Made by a program: the position numbers and the translations under genes
The notes under the pieces: model-generated
Told to the model about the DNA's origin: nothing
What the model saw: the letters and a program-made list of their open reading frames with translations, nothing else
The model's database searches: none
Source: a virus
Virus record (IMG/VR): IMGVR_UViG_3300028584_000094
Location: 1 to 64,000 of that record
DNA length: 64,000 nucleotides
Strand: one strand, 5' to 3'
Shown here: positions 53,148 through 62,900 of the stretch, piece after piece
Position numbering within the stretch: position 1 is the first letter of the stretch
Layout of the letters: each line of letters starts with the position of its first letter

Positions 53148-53856
53148 AAAATATTCAAACTCTGACATATTCGATGTGATTCAGAATCAAAACGACCCTC
53201 AAGAGGCGTGGGTTCTTGAGCGAGTAGAGAGCACGAACAACTTTTTCAATGTTAGTTCTCGAAAGATAAAAATGAACGAAATAAATATCGACGGGTGTGA
53301 CGTGTCGGTTGTGTATAAGGACGGTCATGGAACACGTCGATTCGCAGGGTTAAAATCTGTTCACAAAACAAAGGAATCACTCATTGAGGAAATTGTAGGT
53401 GAACGTCTTGAAGAGGACGCGATCCAATTGGACGACTGTTGGCAGTGTATGTTGTGGGATCTGGTCACTCTCGTGACAGGTGACGAACCTTCAAACCTGG
53501 GTGATTGGCAGAACGCTATTGAGTGTGCTGTCCGTGTCGCCAAGGAAAAGGCTATCGAAGATGATCGATCACACGAGATTGCGAATGTGTTGTATGATAA
53601 CTTCATCAACGGCGACACATCTGGACTGTCTCTCTGTCATAAACTAGAACGGGTCAACGATTATCTCCGAGACAATAACGAGGAACAAGTAACACGCGTC
53701 CCGAAAAAGGGGGAACAATGGGACATCCTCGGTGAGCCATGTGTCATCGCTGACATCGGCGGATTGAAAGCAGTGTGTCGCAACACGGGTGAGTTCTGGG
53801 ATTGCGATGACGAGATGTTCATGGAGCATGGGATATTCATTGCAGGTGATGAATAA
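53140..53856 (+). CDS. hypothetical protein
   Basis: 238-aa ORF. Confidence 0.6.
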   Translation: MIKKYSNSDIFDVIQNQNDPQEAWVLERVESTNNFFNVSSRKIKMNEINIDGCDVSVVYKDGHGTRRFAGLKSVHKTKESLIEEIVGERLEEDAIQLDDCWQCMLWDLVTLVTGDEPSNLGDWQNAIECAVRVAKEKAIEDDRSHEIANVLYDNFINGDTSGLSLCHKLERVNDYLRDNNEEQVTRVPKKGEQWDILGEPCVIADIGGLKAVCRNTGEFWDCDDEMFMEHGIFIAGDE

Positions 53857-53869
53857 CAATGGGGGGCGT

Positions 53870-54049
53870 ATGAATATCATAAATTCAAAATGCCCCAACT
53901 GTAATTACAATCATGAACTTGACGACAAAGAAGAGTTCATAGAATGCGAGCAGTGTGGGTTCACGTTTATCATCTGTCAGAACTGCGATCAGTTGAGATG
54001 CGATGATTGTGATTGTGGGAATCGGTTTAGATACCCAAGAGACGAATAA
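53870..54049 (+). CDS. small zinc-ribbon protein (59 aa)
   Basis: ATG 53870 after a GGGGGG SD. Has CPNC...CEQCG...CQNC...CDDCDC Cys pairs. Confidence 0.5.
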   Translation: MNIINSKCPNCNYNHELDDKEEFIECEQCGFTFIICQNCDQLRCDDCDCGNRFRYPRDE

Positions 54050-54246
54050 CTTGACCGTTGTGTGCTGACGAGGCACGAGGCGGTCATCACAAACGGAGAT
54101 GGTTATGGCATTCCGCATCATAACAACGGACGGTTACAATATCGTGACCGATCCGTCAAAAGCGAGAGAGTTGATCAGTGTGTTTCGCGACTGTGGTATC
54201 TATCGCGGAATGCAGTTTCTTCCGTACTATCGAGGAGGTGATTGTC

Positions 54247-54402
54247 ATGGATGAGGCGTATGAGATGTCACGTGCTGAGTATGCTGAGTTTATTCTCAGT
54301 CACCCAGATTTCACGATCGAGGAACATCAACCAACATTCACACAAGAATGGTACAACAAACAGTTCAGAGCAATGTTTGAGTTTTTACTTGAGTTGAATT
54401 AG
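54247..54402 (+). CDS. hypothetical protein (51 aa)
   Basis: ATG 54247 with strong SD GAGGAGG. The track's 54178 start lacks an SD. Confidence 0.5.
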   Translation: MDEAYEMSRAEYAEFILSHPDFTIEEHQPTFTQEWYNKQFRAMFEFLLELN

Positions 54403-54421
54403 TAACCAAAAGGGGTTAAAC

Positions 54422-54658
54422 ATGTGGGTGTTGAAATATCCAAAAAAAGTGTCGTATGGTTGGATGCCAAAAACAATTGAAGCACCAGCAGGGACTGAGT
54501 GTGTTCCTGCGTCAAACATTGCCGCCGCCAATATCGTCGGTTTTGGATTTTGGATTGAACCTTTCGAAGGTCTCGAAGACAACCAAGAGGCGATGGCGTG
54601 GTGTGAGGTGTATGGTTTCCACGCTAATGATGATGAAGTGGAGGAGATCAATGAGTAA
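54422..54658 (+). CDS. hypothetical protein
   Basis: 78 aa, SD AAAAGGGG. Confidence 0.55.
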   Translation: MWVLKYPKKVSYGWMPKTIEAPAGTECVPASNIAAANIVGFGFWIEPFEGLEDNQEAMAWCEVYGFHANDDEVEEINE

Positions 54659-54875
54659 GATGACATCACTTGAGACAGCGGTTGAAGTTGTGTCGACAGC
54701 AGATAAATTCATGTCGGATTCACGACCAATGCACAACGCATGGTACGTGTTTTTCGTTGGTAGACACATGCAAGATGTTTCGTTTAAAGAAGTGTCTCTC
54801 GTGTCGAATAAAGAATGGCAGGAAGCAAAGATGATCGTTTACGGTGATCGCTTTGACTTCAGAACAATGTCCTAA
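54651..54875 (+). CDS. hypothetical protein (74 aa)
   Basis: ATG 54651 with SD GGAGGAG. The upstream part of the track's 54456 ORF overlaps the previous gene out of frame. Confidence 0.5.
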   Translation: MSKMTSLETAVEVVSTADKFMSDSRPMHNAWYVFFVGRHMQDVSFKEVSLVSNKEWQEAKMIVYGDRFDFRTMS

Positions 54876-54886
54876 AAGGAGGAACG

Positions 54887-55660
54887 ATGAACAAGGAACA
54901 GTTTGAAACTGTTAAGCGACTATGTGTTGATTACATGTCAACACTCACCGTCGAAATCGTTCGGGAGTATATCTTCCGAAACGGGTTACTAACTACCAAT
55001 GGAAAACTTTCGAAAGGGGACAACAAGAACTTCGGACTTGAGTTGTTACCATCTACCCTCGGAGGTGTGAACGTATGTCCACGTGCAGGTCTATGTAAAC
55101 TGACATGTATCGCGTTTTCTGGTGTTGGAAATATCCTCAAGTCGAAAGTCGTACTCGGAGGAGACGGTCTTTCGAATCCACTGAAAGCAAAAGCAATCAG
55201 AACTTTCGCTTTGATACATGATCGAGAGTTTTTCGATTCCTATCTGATCGAAGAGATCAGACACAAACACAACCTACACACGTCGTATGGGAGAAAAACT
55301 AGATTCCGATTGAACACTACATCCGATGTTGATTGGCGATACGTCACTGATAAATTGTCTCACGTTCAGTTCTACGACTATACGAAAGTGTGGGAACGGG
55401 AGTCAACGCCCAATTATCTTCTGACGTTCTCGGCTAGTGAGTCCACGACAGTTCCGATGATCAGAGACAAGTTATCCAAACTTGAAAACGTGGCTATCGT
55501 GTTCTACAAGGTGCCGCAACAATTCGAAGGAATGCTCGTTCGAGATGGCGATGAAACGGATGATCGCTATGATGACATTCGCGGGTCTATTATTGGTCTC
55601 AAATACAAAGCCACAATCGGTGGTAAACACGATACTAGCTTCGTGTTTGGGGAACGGTAG
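54887..55660 (+). CDS. hypothetical protein with CPRAGLCKLTC motif (possibly GP88-like family)
   Basis: 257 aa, SD AAAGGAGG. The Cys cluster plus RFRLNTTSDVDW...FYDYTK resembles my recollection of the phage GP88 domain. Not verified. Confidence 0.55.
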   Translation: MNKEQFETVKRLCVDYMSTLTVEIVREYIFRNGLLTTNGKLSKGDNKNFGLELLPSTLGGVNVCPRAGLCKLTCIAFSGVGNILKSKVVLGGDGLSNPLKAKAIRTFALIHDREFFDSYLIEEIRHKHNLHTSYGRKTRFRLNTTSDVDWRYVTDKLSHVQFYDYTKVWERESTPNYLLTFSASESTTVPMIRDKLSKLENVAIVFYKVPQQFEGMLVRDGDETDDRYDDIRGSIIGLKYKATIGGKHDTSFVFGER

Positions 55661-55666
55661 GTAACC

Positions 55667-55801
55667 ATGGAACTACTAGCCCTTATCTGTGTTGTGTTCT
55701 TTCTCAGTAAACTAAACGACGCGGGGATAGTAGCAACCGCTGTACTATTTTCCGCAATAATCCTCGGGTATTTGTTCATTGTCAAGGATAGTAAAAAATG
55801 A
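55667..55801 (+). CDS. 44-aa two-TM peptide (holin-like topology; below the track cutoff)
   Basis: Reads MELLALICVVFFLSKLNDAGIVATAVLFSAIILGYLFIVKDSKK: two hydrophobic helices and a charged C-terminus. Confidence 0.4.
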   Translation: MELLALICVVFFLSKLNDAGIVATAVLFSAIILGYLFIVKDSKK

Positions 55802-55971
55802 CAAGTACTCAAATAAAAGTAATGAAACGTGATGAGAATGGCAAGCCCGTCAAATTAGAGCCGGGTACGTACAACGTGAGAGTAACCATTGATGAGAAAG
55901 GAACCGTATCAAACGCAGATCACGCATTATTCGTGGTATTATCGGTGATAGAATCTGTAGATTTTGATTAG
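55798..55971 (+). CDS. hypothetical protein (57 aa, below the track cutoff)
   Basis: ATGA coupling; reads MTSTQIKVMKRDENGKPVKLEPGTYNVRVTIDEKG... Confidence 0.45.
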   Translation: MTSTQIKVMKRDENGKPVKLEPGTYNVRVTIDEKGTVSNADHALFVVLSVIESVDFD

Positions 55972-55976
55972 CAATA

Positions 55977-56000
55977 GTACAACATTGTGAACTATATTAA
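55977..56000 (+). promoter_or_regulatory. operator/promoter-like motif GTACAA-CATT-GTGAAC + TATATTAA
   Basis: Fourth member of the motif family, 39 nt upstream of the annealase gene. Confidence 0.4.
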
Positions 56001-56038
56001 CAAAATGTTTCTTTTTAATCCTATTTAGGGAGTGACCT

Positions 56039-57103
56039 ATGAGTGATTTATCAGTAGTAAGACAAACATCTGCAATGGTGTTCCAACCAACAAGTATCGC
56101 GGAAGCTCTTTCGCTTGCCGAGACACTTTCAAAATCAATCCTTGTCCCTCAGAATTTCCGTGGAAAACCCGATGACGTGTTCGCCGCTATGATGCTGTCT
56201 GCTGAACTTGGTATCAGCCCAATGCAGGGGATTCAGAACATCGCAGTGATCAACGGTCGTGCAACTGTTTGGGGAGATATGGCTATCGCTCTCGTGAAAT
56301 CGTCGCCACTGTGTGAAGGTGTCGAAGAGTCTATGGATCTTTCAAACCCACAGAATCCTATTGCAACGTGTGTCGCCCGTCGTAAAAATATGCCGGATGT
56401 GGTGTCTACGTTCTCATGGGGTGAAGCTGTGGCGGCTGGACTAACAACCAAAGGCGTCTGGCTTACCTATCCTAAACGTATGCTTCAGATGCGAGCACGT
56501 GGTTTTGCTCTTCGCGACCAGTTCGCCGACCTCATGAAAGGTCTTATCACTTCTGAGGAAGCACAGGACTATCCGGTTCGCGACAGTGTAACCAATGACG
56601 TGCTCACACCTGTTGGTGAACCTACTCCACTACCGGAAGCGACGACATCATCTGAAGTTGTCGGTGGTTTCATTCAGCCGGAAGCTAAGAAACGCGCGTC
56701 ACGTACGAAGAAAAAGGAGGAACCAACCGAAGCAGAATTGGTGACCGAATTTGTCGAAGAATCTATCGACGTAACCAAGAGTTTTGAACAAGCAGAAGAC
56801 ACAGGGTTTGGAACTTTGACACCTGTAACAGAACATGTTTCTCAAGCGGTTCAGCCGGTAGCACAAGTTGCGACACCTGTTCAGCAAGCAACGCCAAGTC
56901 CATTTGGTAACCTGTCTCAACCAACAACGTCTACTCTTTCACCGGATTTCCAGAAAATCGTGGATAAGTTTGGTTCGATCGACAATGCTCAGACGTGGTT
57001 GGTTGCTAATGGTATCCTTGAAGCGGGTCAGAAACTTGCAGAGATGGAAGAAGTTCACATCAAATTGTTTGTGAATGAATACCTTCCGAATATCAATCTC
57101 TAA
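56039..57103 (+). CDS. RecT/Red-beta (Bet) superfamily single-strand annealing protein
   Basis: AELGISPMQGIQNIAVINGRATVWGD and WLTYPKRMLQMRARGFALRDQFAD parallel lambda Bet YGLNPW...VVGVDGW and WQSHPKRMLRHKAMIQCARLAFG. Confidence 0.7.
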   Translation: MSDLSVVRQTSAMVFQPTSIAEALSLAETLSKSILVPQNFRGKPDDVFAAMMLSAELGISPMQGIQNIAVINGRATVWGDMAIALVKSSPLCEGVEESMDLSNPQNPIATCVARRKNMPDVVSTFSWGEAVAAGLTTKGVWLTYPKRMLQMRARGFALRDQFADLMKGLITSEEAQDYPVRDSVTNDVLTPVGEPTPLPEATTSSEVVGGFIQPEAKKRASRTKKKEEPTEAELVTEFVEESIDVTKSFEQAEDTGFGTLTPVTEHVSQAVQPVAQVATPVQQATPSPFGNLSQPTTSTLSPDFQKIVDKFGSIDNAQTWLVANGILEAGQKLAEMEEVHIKLFVNEYLPNINL

Positions 57104-57109
57104 TTAACA

Positions 57110-57127
57110 GGGGGTGGAAACGCCCCC
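57110..57127 (+). terminator. G-rich stem/GAAA-tetraloop hairpin
   Basis: GGGGGUG-GAAA-CGCCCCC directly after the annealase stop, with no U-tract. Confidence 0.35.
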
Positions 57128-57159
57128 ACAATAATCCCTCAACCGAACAGGGTTTGGTT

Positions 57160-58299
57160 ATGTCTACAGAAAAACAACACCATAAGTGGTCGCCATCTAA
57201 ATGGTCGGCTTTCGTAAACTGTCTTGCTTACAAATCATCCGATAAATCTTCTGACGCGGCGTATCGCGGAACTCTACAACATTCTTACCTTGAAGCGATT
57301 GGAACCAACAACACGGACGAGAAACTTCGTCTTGAAATGTTGCTCACCGGAACTGAGATTGAGAATGTTATGTTCGTATATGGTCGTGTTCGCGAAGCTG
57401 TGGTCGCTCTTGGTGATGGCGTTGAAGTGCTTTGGGAACAGTCATTCGTTTCCATGGGAAAACACTTCACACCTATTCCCGGGCACGCAGACATCGCCAT
57501 CGTGAAAAACGATGAGATCTGGATCATCGATGCTAAGTTTGGGGCGGTTAAAGATTACGACCCACAGTTGATCGTTTACAGTCTCGGAGCCATGCAGAAG
57601 TTCAACAAACCGTCTGCTCGGTATTGGATCTTATACGGACAAGAAAAGAAAAGCGAAGCAGGGACTGTCACTCGTGAGGAGGCTACAACTTTCTTCAACG
57701 ACATGGTCGCGAAACTTATCGAAGCCGAAAAGAACCCAGCAACTGTTAAGCGGTCAACGTGTACTTGGTGTCAGTATTGTGAAAATCGAAACACTTGTGG
57801 GGAATTTATGAAAGAAATCGGAAATACGGTTGCACTTGCCGGTGTAACAGAACAGGTTGTCCCAACCGCTATCGACCTTGAAACGTGTGACATTGATCAG
57901 CTTGGTAAGTTGGTTGAAGCATTGTCGCAGGTTGAAAAGTTCCAAGATAGTGCGAAGGATGCGTTGAAACGCAGAATCAAAAATGGTGAAGCGTCTTCGG
58001 TGTATAAGATCCAATCGAAAAGCGGGTCATTGGCAATCACTGACATCCATGGTGTCGCGGGAACTCTGGTTCAGTTGTCCGGGAAAAGCCATTACGATGT
58101 TAATGAAGCACTGTTGGATGCCGGTAAGTTCAGCCTATCCGGTGTAAGAAGTTTCCTGTACGGTTCTCGCTCTGAAGAGAAAGCCGTTAAGGACGAATTT
58201 GAATTGAAATTCGCGGACCATCTCTCACGTGGGAATGCCACTGAGAGTCTTGTTAAACTGTCGGCTAAAGAAAAAGCCGCATTGCTTAAAGGAGAATGA
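57160..58299 (+). CDS. PD-(D/E)XK exonuclease, Cas4/RecB-like with Cys cluster
   Basis: GHADIAIV...IWIIDAKFG (D...D-x-K), QLIVYSL (QxxxY), N-terminal Cys (VNCLAY) plus C-terminal CTWCQYCENRNTC, as in Cas4/AddB Fe-S nucleases. Confidence 0.7.
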   Translation: MSTEKQHHKWSPSKWSAFVNCLAYKSSDKSSDAAYRGTLQHSYLEAIGTNNTDEKLRLEMLLTGTEIENVMFVYGRVREAVVALGDGVEVLWEQSFVSMGKHFTPIPGHADIAIVKNDEIWIIDAKFGAVKDYDPQLIVYSLGAMQKFNKPSARYWILYGQEKKSEAGTVTREEATTFFNDMVAKLIEAEKNPATVKRSTCTWCQYCENRNTCGEFMKEIGNTVALAGVTEQVVPTAIDLETCDIDQLGKLVEALSQVEKFQDSAKDALKRRIKNGEASSVYKIQSKSGSLAITDIHGVAGTLVQLSGKSHYDVNEALLDAGKFSLSGVRSFLYGSRSEEKAVKDEFELKFADHLSRGNATESLVKLSAKEKAALLKGE

Positions 58300-59135
58300 T
58301 TATGTCATTAGTTACGTTTAACCACGAAGATGCGATGGGTGCTGATAACGGTGGTGGTGGAATGACAAAAGGCGGTGTCTACGGTGGAACCATCAAGACC
58401 TGCAAGGTAATCAAAACCGATTACGATTCACGTGTCAACCTTGAGTTCTGCATCGAAAACACTGTTCGATTTGATGGTAATGGTTGGGTGAAAGAGGCTT
58501 CAACCAATAACAAAATGCGTATCCAGATTGTCACAAAAGAGGGCAAGTCTATGTACGGTGCAGACAAAATCAAAGCTCTCCTTGGTATGAACAGTTTGCA
58601 GGGCACACAGGAACAGCAGATGCAGGATTCCGAGGGTAAGGTGTTCACTTACGTGGTTAATCTTCACGGTGTTAAAGTTGCGTACTCGTGTTTCCGTAAG
58701 GATCGTTGGTATGAAGACAAGTTGAACGGGCGACCAACAGGTCAGATGAAACTTGCGTACGACTTCGATCACCTGCACTTCTTCGATCCTGCCACATTGA
58801 AGACGTATTCCGAAACAGTCAACAAGTCTGAACCGAAAGCGATTCTTCGCCCGATCCAAGACGAGTTACTCGACCCAACGAAACCACCCGTTGCTCCATC
58901 TACTCTCGCTCCTCAGCAGGGTGGTGGATTCCCCGGTGGAGGGTTTGGTGGAGCATCTGCCGCTCCCGTCGGTGGAAATCCTTTCGGTGGAACAACTGTG
59001 GCTCCAAATACGACAGGTGCGTTTGGTGGTCAACCATCAATGACTCAACAGCAGGTTGCACATGGTGATGCGATGAACTATGCGTTCATCACGGGTATGC
59101 AGAATGCTACCGCTCCCGGTGGCGTATTCGGTTAA
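58296..59135 (+). CDS. possible ssDNA-binding protein with Gly-rich C-terminal low-complexity tail
   Basis: 279 aa. The position after the annealase and exonuclease, and the tail PQQGGGFPGGGFGGASAAPVGGNPFGGTT. There is no acidic SSB tip, so the call is weak. Confidence 0.3.
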   Translation: MIMSLVTFNHEDAMGADNGGGGMTKGGVYGGTIKTCKVIKTDYDSRVNLEFCIENTVRFDGNGWVKEASTNNKMRIQIVTKEGKSMYGADKIKALLGMNSLQGTQEQQMQDSEGKVFTYVVNLHGVKVAYSCFRKDRWYEDKLNGRPTGQMKLAYDFDHLHFFDPATLKTYSETVNKSEPKAILRPIQDELLDPTKPPVAPSTLAPQQGGGFPGGGFGGASAAPVGGNPFGGTTVAPNTTGAFGGQPSMTQQQVAHGDAMNYAFITGMQNATAPGGVFG

Positions 59136-59144
59136 TCGTTAATC

Positions 59145-59166
59145 GGTGGGGGTGAAAGCTCCCACC
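59145..59166 (+). terminator. G-rich stem/GAAA-tetraloop hairpin
   Basis: GGUGGGGGU-GAAA-GCUCCCACC (9 bp with two G.U), with no U-tract. Confidence 0.35.
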
Positions 59167-59182
59167 ATCAAAAGGAGGAACA

Positions 59183-59938
59183 ATGAGCAAAGACAAAATC
59201 ACCAAGGGAAAAGTCAAGTATCACGGCGTTGTTGACATTCCCGCATTGATCGAACCAGTCGCAGAACTCAGACGAGTTGTCCATGAAGTGTTGAAAAAGT
59301 ATGAAGGGTACAACATGACGTTTGACGGTATCGAAGCACCCGATTTCAAAGATGCTATTCAACGCCATCTGAACCAAATGGAATACCCGTTTGCAATCGA
59401 CGAAGAAACAGGGTGTCCACATATTTGGTCGATTATGTTCAACGCTATGGTTCTTGAAATCAAACGCAGAACGATATGTGATCGGGGAATTGAAAAGCCG
59501 TATCAACCAATCGACACACCGAAACCAGTGAAGAAAGTCATTGAACCCAAGCGGGTAATAAGAGTTCCGTTCGAGCAACCGCTAAAAACTGACAACTTCG
59601 ACGACTTTAAACAAATTACCACCGATGTTATCAATCTCGACAATCCACTGTTTGTTGCGATGGGTCTTGGTGTTGATTTGTCTTCTATCTATTTCGACCC
59701 AAATACTTCAGATAAAGAAAAATCGGACATCGTTGCGGGTGTTTGGTTTGGTCGAACTTATGGAAATCCATCCGAGATGTCATGTGATCACCTAGTATCT
59801 CTCGTGATGGAACATGTAGATGTCGATCTTCAATCGAAGGTTCTAATCGGTGCAAACAAAAAACGAAAAATACCGTACACGAATGTGATGCTTGACGATT
59901 CAATCGATCTAATCTTATCACAAAAACAAAAAGGATAA
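59183..59938 (+). CDS. hypothetical protein
   Basis: 251 aa, SD AAAGGAGGA. Confidence 0.6.
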   Translation: MSKDKITKGKVKYHGVVDIPALIEPVAELRRVVHEVLKKYEGYNMTFDGIEAPDFKDAIQRHLNQMEYPFAIDEETGCPHIWSIMFNAMVLEIKRRTICDRGIEKPYQPIDTPKPVKKVIEPKRVIRVPFEQPLKTDNFDDFKQITTDVINLDNPLFVAMGLGVDLSSIYFDPNTSDKEKSDIVAGVWFGRTYGNPSEMSCDHLVSLVMEHVDVDLQSKVLIGANKKRKIPYTNVMLDDSIDLILSQKQKG

Positions 59939-59942
59939 TAAA

Positions 59943-62900
59943 ATGGACGCGATTCAAGAAATGTTATCGGCACGGGCTGTTTACTTCGACATTGAAACAC
60001 ATGTGAAAGGAGACCGACCAAGTACAAACGATGAACCCGTTTTTGTTGGATTCAGATCTCCCGGAGGTGAACGGATCATGTATCACATTTCTGAACGCGA
60101 TCAGATCCAAGCGGTGCTTGATTATGCCCGTGTTTTTATCGGGCATAATATCCGCGACTACGACTTCCCGATCATGGAGCAAGCGGGATTCATCATGACG
60201 AGTCCGGGTAAGAACGGGAAGACCTACAGCAAGGTAATCATCGACACTCTACAAATCATGGCGATCAGAGCGAAACCTATGCTCTATTTAGATTTGTCAC
60301 TTGCACACCTTGGTCTTCGGTCTCTTTGCGAACGGTTCAACCTTGAACATCAAAAAGGTGACATCGATTATGATATTTTCAAACAGGTGTCATGGACACA
60401 GGAAGAACTCGCCGAGATAAAAACATACCTGTTCGGCGACCTTGACTCTGGTTGGGGATTGTTTGTTTACCTGTACGAGTTTTTCTACGGGTTCCGTCAG
60501 TATGTTGACGAAAAATCACAGAGACTTTTTCACTGGCTCCGTTCTTCAGCAGGAGCTATCACATACAAGATCATCTGCAACATCGCTGGTATTCCAGAAG
60601 AGTACGACGAATCAATCGACGACACTCTTAAAAATGGAGTGCTGTACGAGGGTGCGTATGTTGCTCTCCCATTCATTGATCGTATCCAAGGAAATTTGTA
60701 TGTTGTAGACTGGGCTTCGTTGTACCCACACATGTACATGCTCGGTAATCTGTATTCACAGGTTGCTCCGGGTACTCCGGGGGCGTGGCATGGTGGTGAA
60801 ATATTCAAACCGATTGAAGCAGGTGACGAAGACGGTATCCAAGGATGGTACACACGAACACCCGGCAAAATTGAAATCGCTCAACGAAGAATTTACACTG
60901 ACCGTGTTCACCATAAAAACCTTCGAGACACGTTCGAAAAAGGAACGCCCGATTACATCAGAGAGGACGCTGTTCAGTTGGCGACTAAGATCGTGTCTAA
61001 TACGTGTTTCTCGGTTGATACAGAAATTCTTACCGTTGAAGGTATAAAACTTGTCTCCGATGTGAAAGAAGGAGACATGGTTTATTCGATCAACAAAATA
61101 ACGAACAGTGTTGAAATCAAGAAAGTAACGGGGACTATATCATTCGAGTATCATGGTGATATGATTCGTTTCAAATCGGATCAGTATGACCTACTTGTTA
61201 CACCGGATCATGATATGGTAATAACATCGCGATCCAATCAGAAAATACAAACCATTAAAGCATGGGGAATATCTAAATCTGGATTCAAGTTCCCACCACA
61301 TCGAGGTGTTATCGGAACTCCAGTTGACTATGAATCAATTGAATATTCCGAATGGTATCTTCGAGGCATGTACTTGGCTGATGGGCATGCTCGAAACGTG
61401 ATACGAAATGGTGTATCGAACGGTTTTGAGGTTTCGTTTTCAAAGTATAAAGATGTTTATCCGATTGTGTGGGGAAAAATCGAACAACACCTTATCAATA
61501 TAGGGTCTAGGTTTAGCTACGACTCCAACAGAAAAGGATTCCATGTATACTCGAAGGAGTATTATAATGACATCGTTGACTCGTGTGGAAGAACCGCAGA
61601 AAAACGAATCATAGAGTTCCCAACAACTCATACGTCGAGACAAGCACTTTTCGATGGGTTGTATGACGGAGACGGATCCAAAGGAACTGTAAGACAGTTT
61701 AGCACTAAATTGATCGGTTTGCGGGATGATTTCATTCGGTTGGCGACAGAACTTGGTATTAAGTGGCAATATCGGTTTGATAGTGGGATCCATCGTGTTG
61801 GTCTTAGATCTGAATTTGGAACTCAGACATGGTTGAAATCGCGAAACATGTCAGTCGAACAATACGATGGGATTGTTACTTGCTGTGAAGTGGAAGACAA
61901 CCACACCGTTCTCGTTGGGAGAAATGGTAAGTTTGAATGGAGCGGGCAGTGTTACGGAATCAGTGGTAGCCCACGATTCAAGAACGTGTTCAATGTGATA
62001 ACTGCTTCCGACTGCACAGCGATGGCGAGGATGTCAATTAAGCACGCAAGAAAACGAATTCGCGATTTTGGGTACATCCCATTATACACCGATTCAGTTC
62101 TTGGTGATTCGGTTATCGTGGTTCGATTGGATGACATCATTCACTCGATCCGTTTTGACGAGTTTGAACATTGGTTGAAAATGCATGAAGTTGTTTACAC
62201 CGTTGAAAAAGATTTCGCAAAAACGCGTTATGAAATTGACGATGACTTGTTCACCCCAAGCATGAACGCTAATCGAGAAGAGGAGTGGAAACGTATAACA
62301 CAGTTAATCGTTCACCCAACGATGAAAAAGTGTTACACTGTTAATCATATTCGAGGATCAGTATCAACAACAGGCGATCATTCGTTGATAGACTTCAATA
62401 GAATTTCCGGTGAAAACTATAAGATGGTTGAAGTTAAGCCACTGGACGCAACACGCGTCATTTACAGTGGCAGTGACCATATGCCATCGGTTGACTCCGG
62501 TGACGAGTTCACCACATTGCTTATGGAATTTCTTGGGTTCTACGTTTTCCGTGGGAAAAAGGAGGATAACAAAGTCTACATTCGTACGGGTAAAACAAAT
62601 CGAGAAAAAAATCTGATTATGGAAAAATTGATCTATCCGATCATTGGTTACTTTGATGGTCGTATCGACACGATGGAAACACGTGAGACTTCTAACATGG
62701 TGTGTTTCAGATCGGTTAAACTCGCCGCGTTAATCCATTCGATGATGGGCGATGAGAAACATATTCCAGAATCTCTTATGAATGTTGACTCGTGGAAATT
62801 TCTTGCTTTCCTTCGCGGTGTCTTCACTGCGATAGGCATCAAAAACAAAGTGTCTCCGATGTTCCAGTGTTCATCCGAACGTAAGTTGAATGATCTTGCT

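Noticed and set aside
54104-54241. ATG-initiated 45-aa ORF MAFRIINNGRLQYRDRSVKSERVDQ...
   Set aside because: The composition looks out of frame (R/S-rich), while the overlapping frame is protein-like. It is reported as a frameshift curiosity rather than as a gene.
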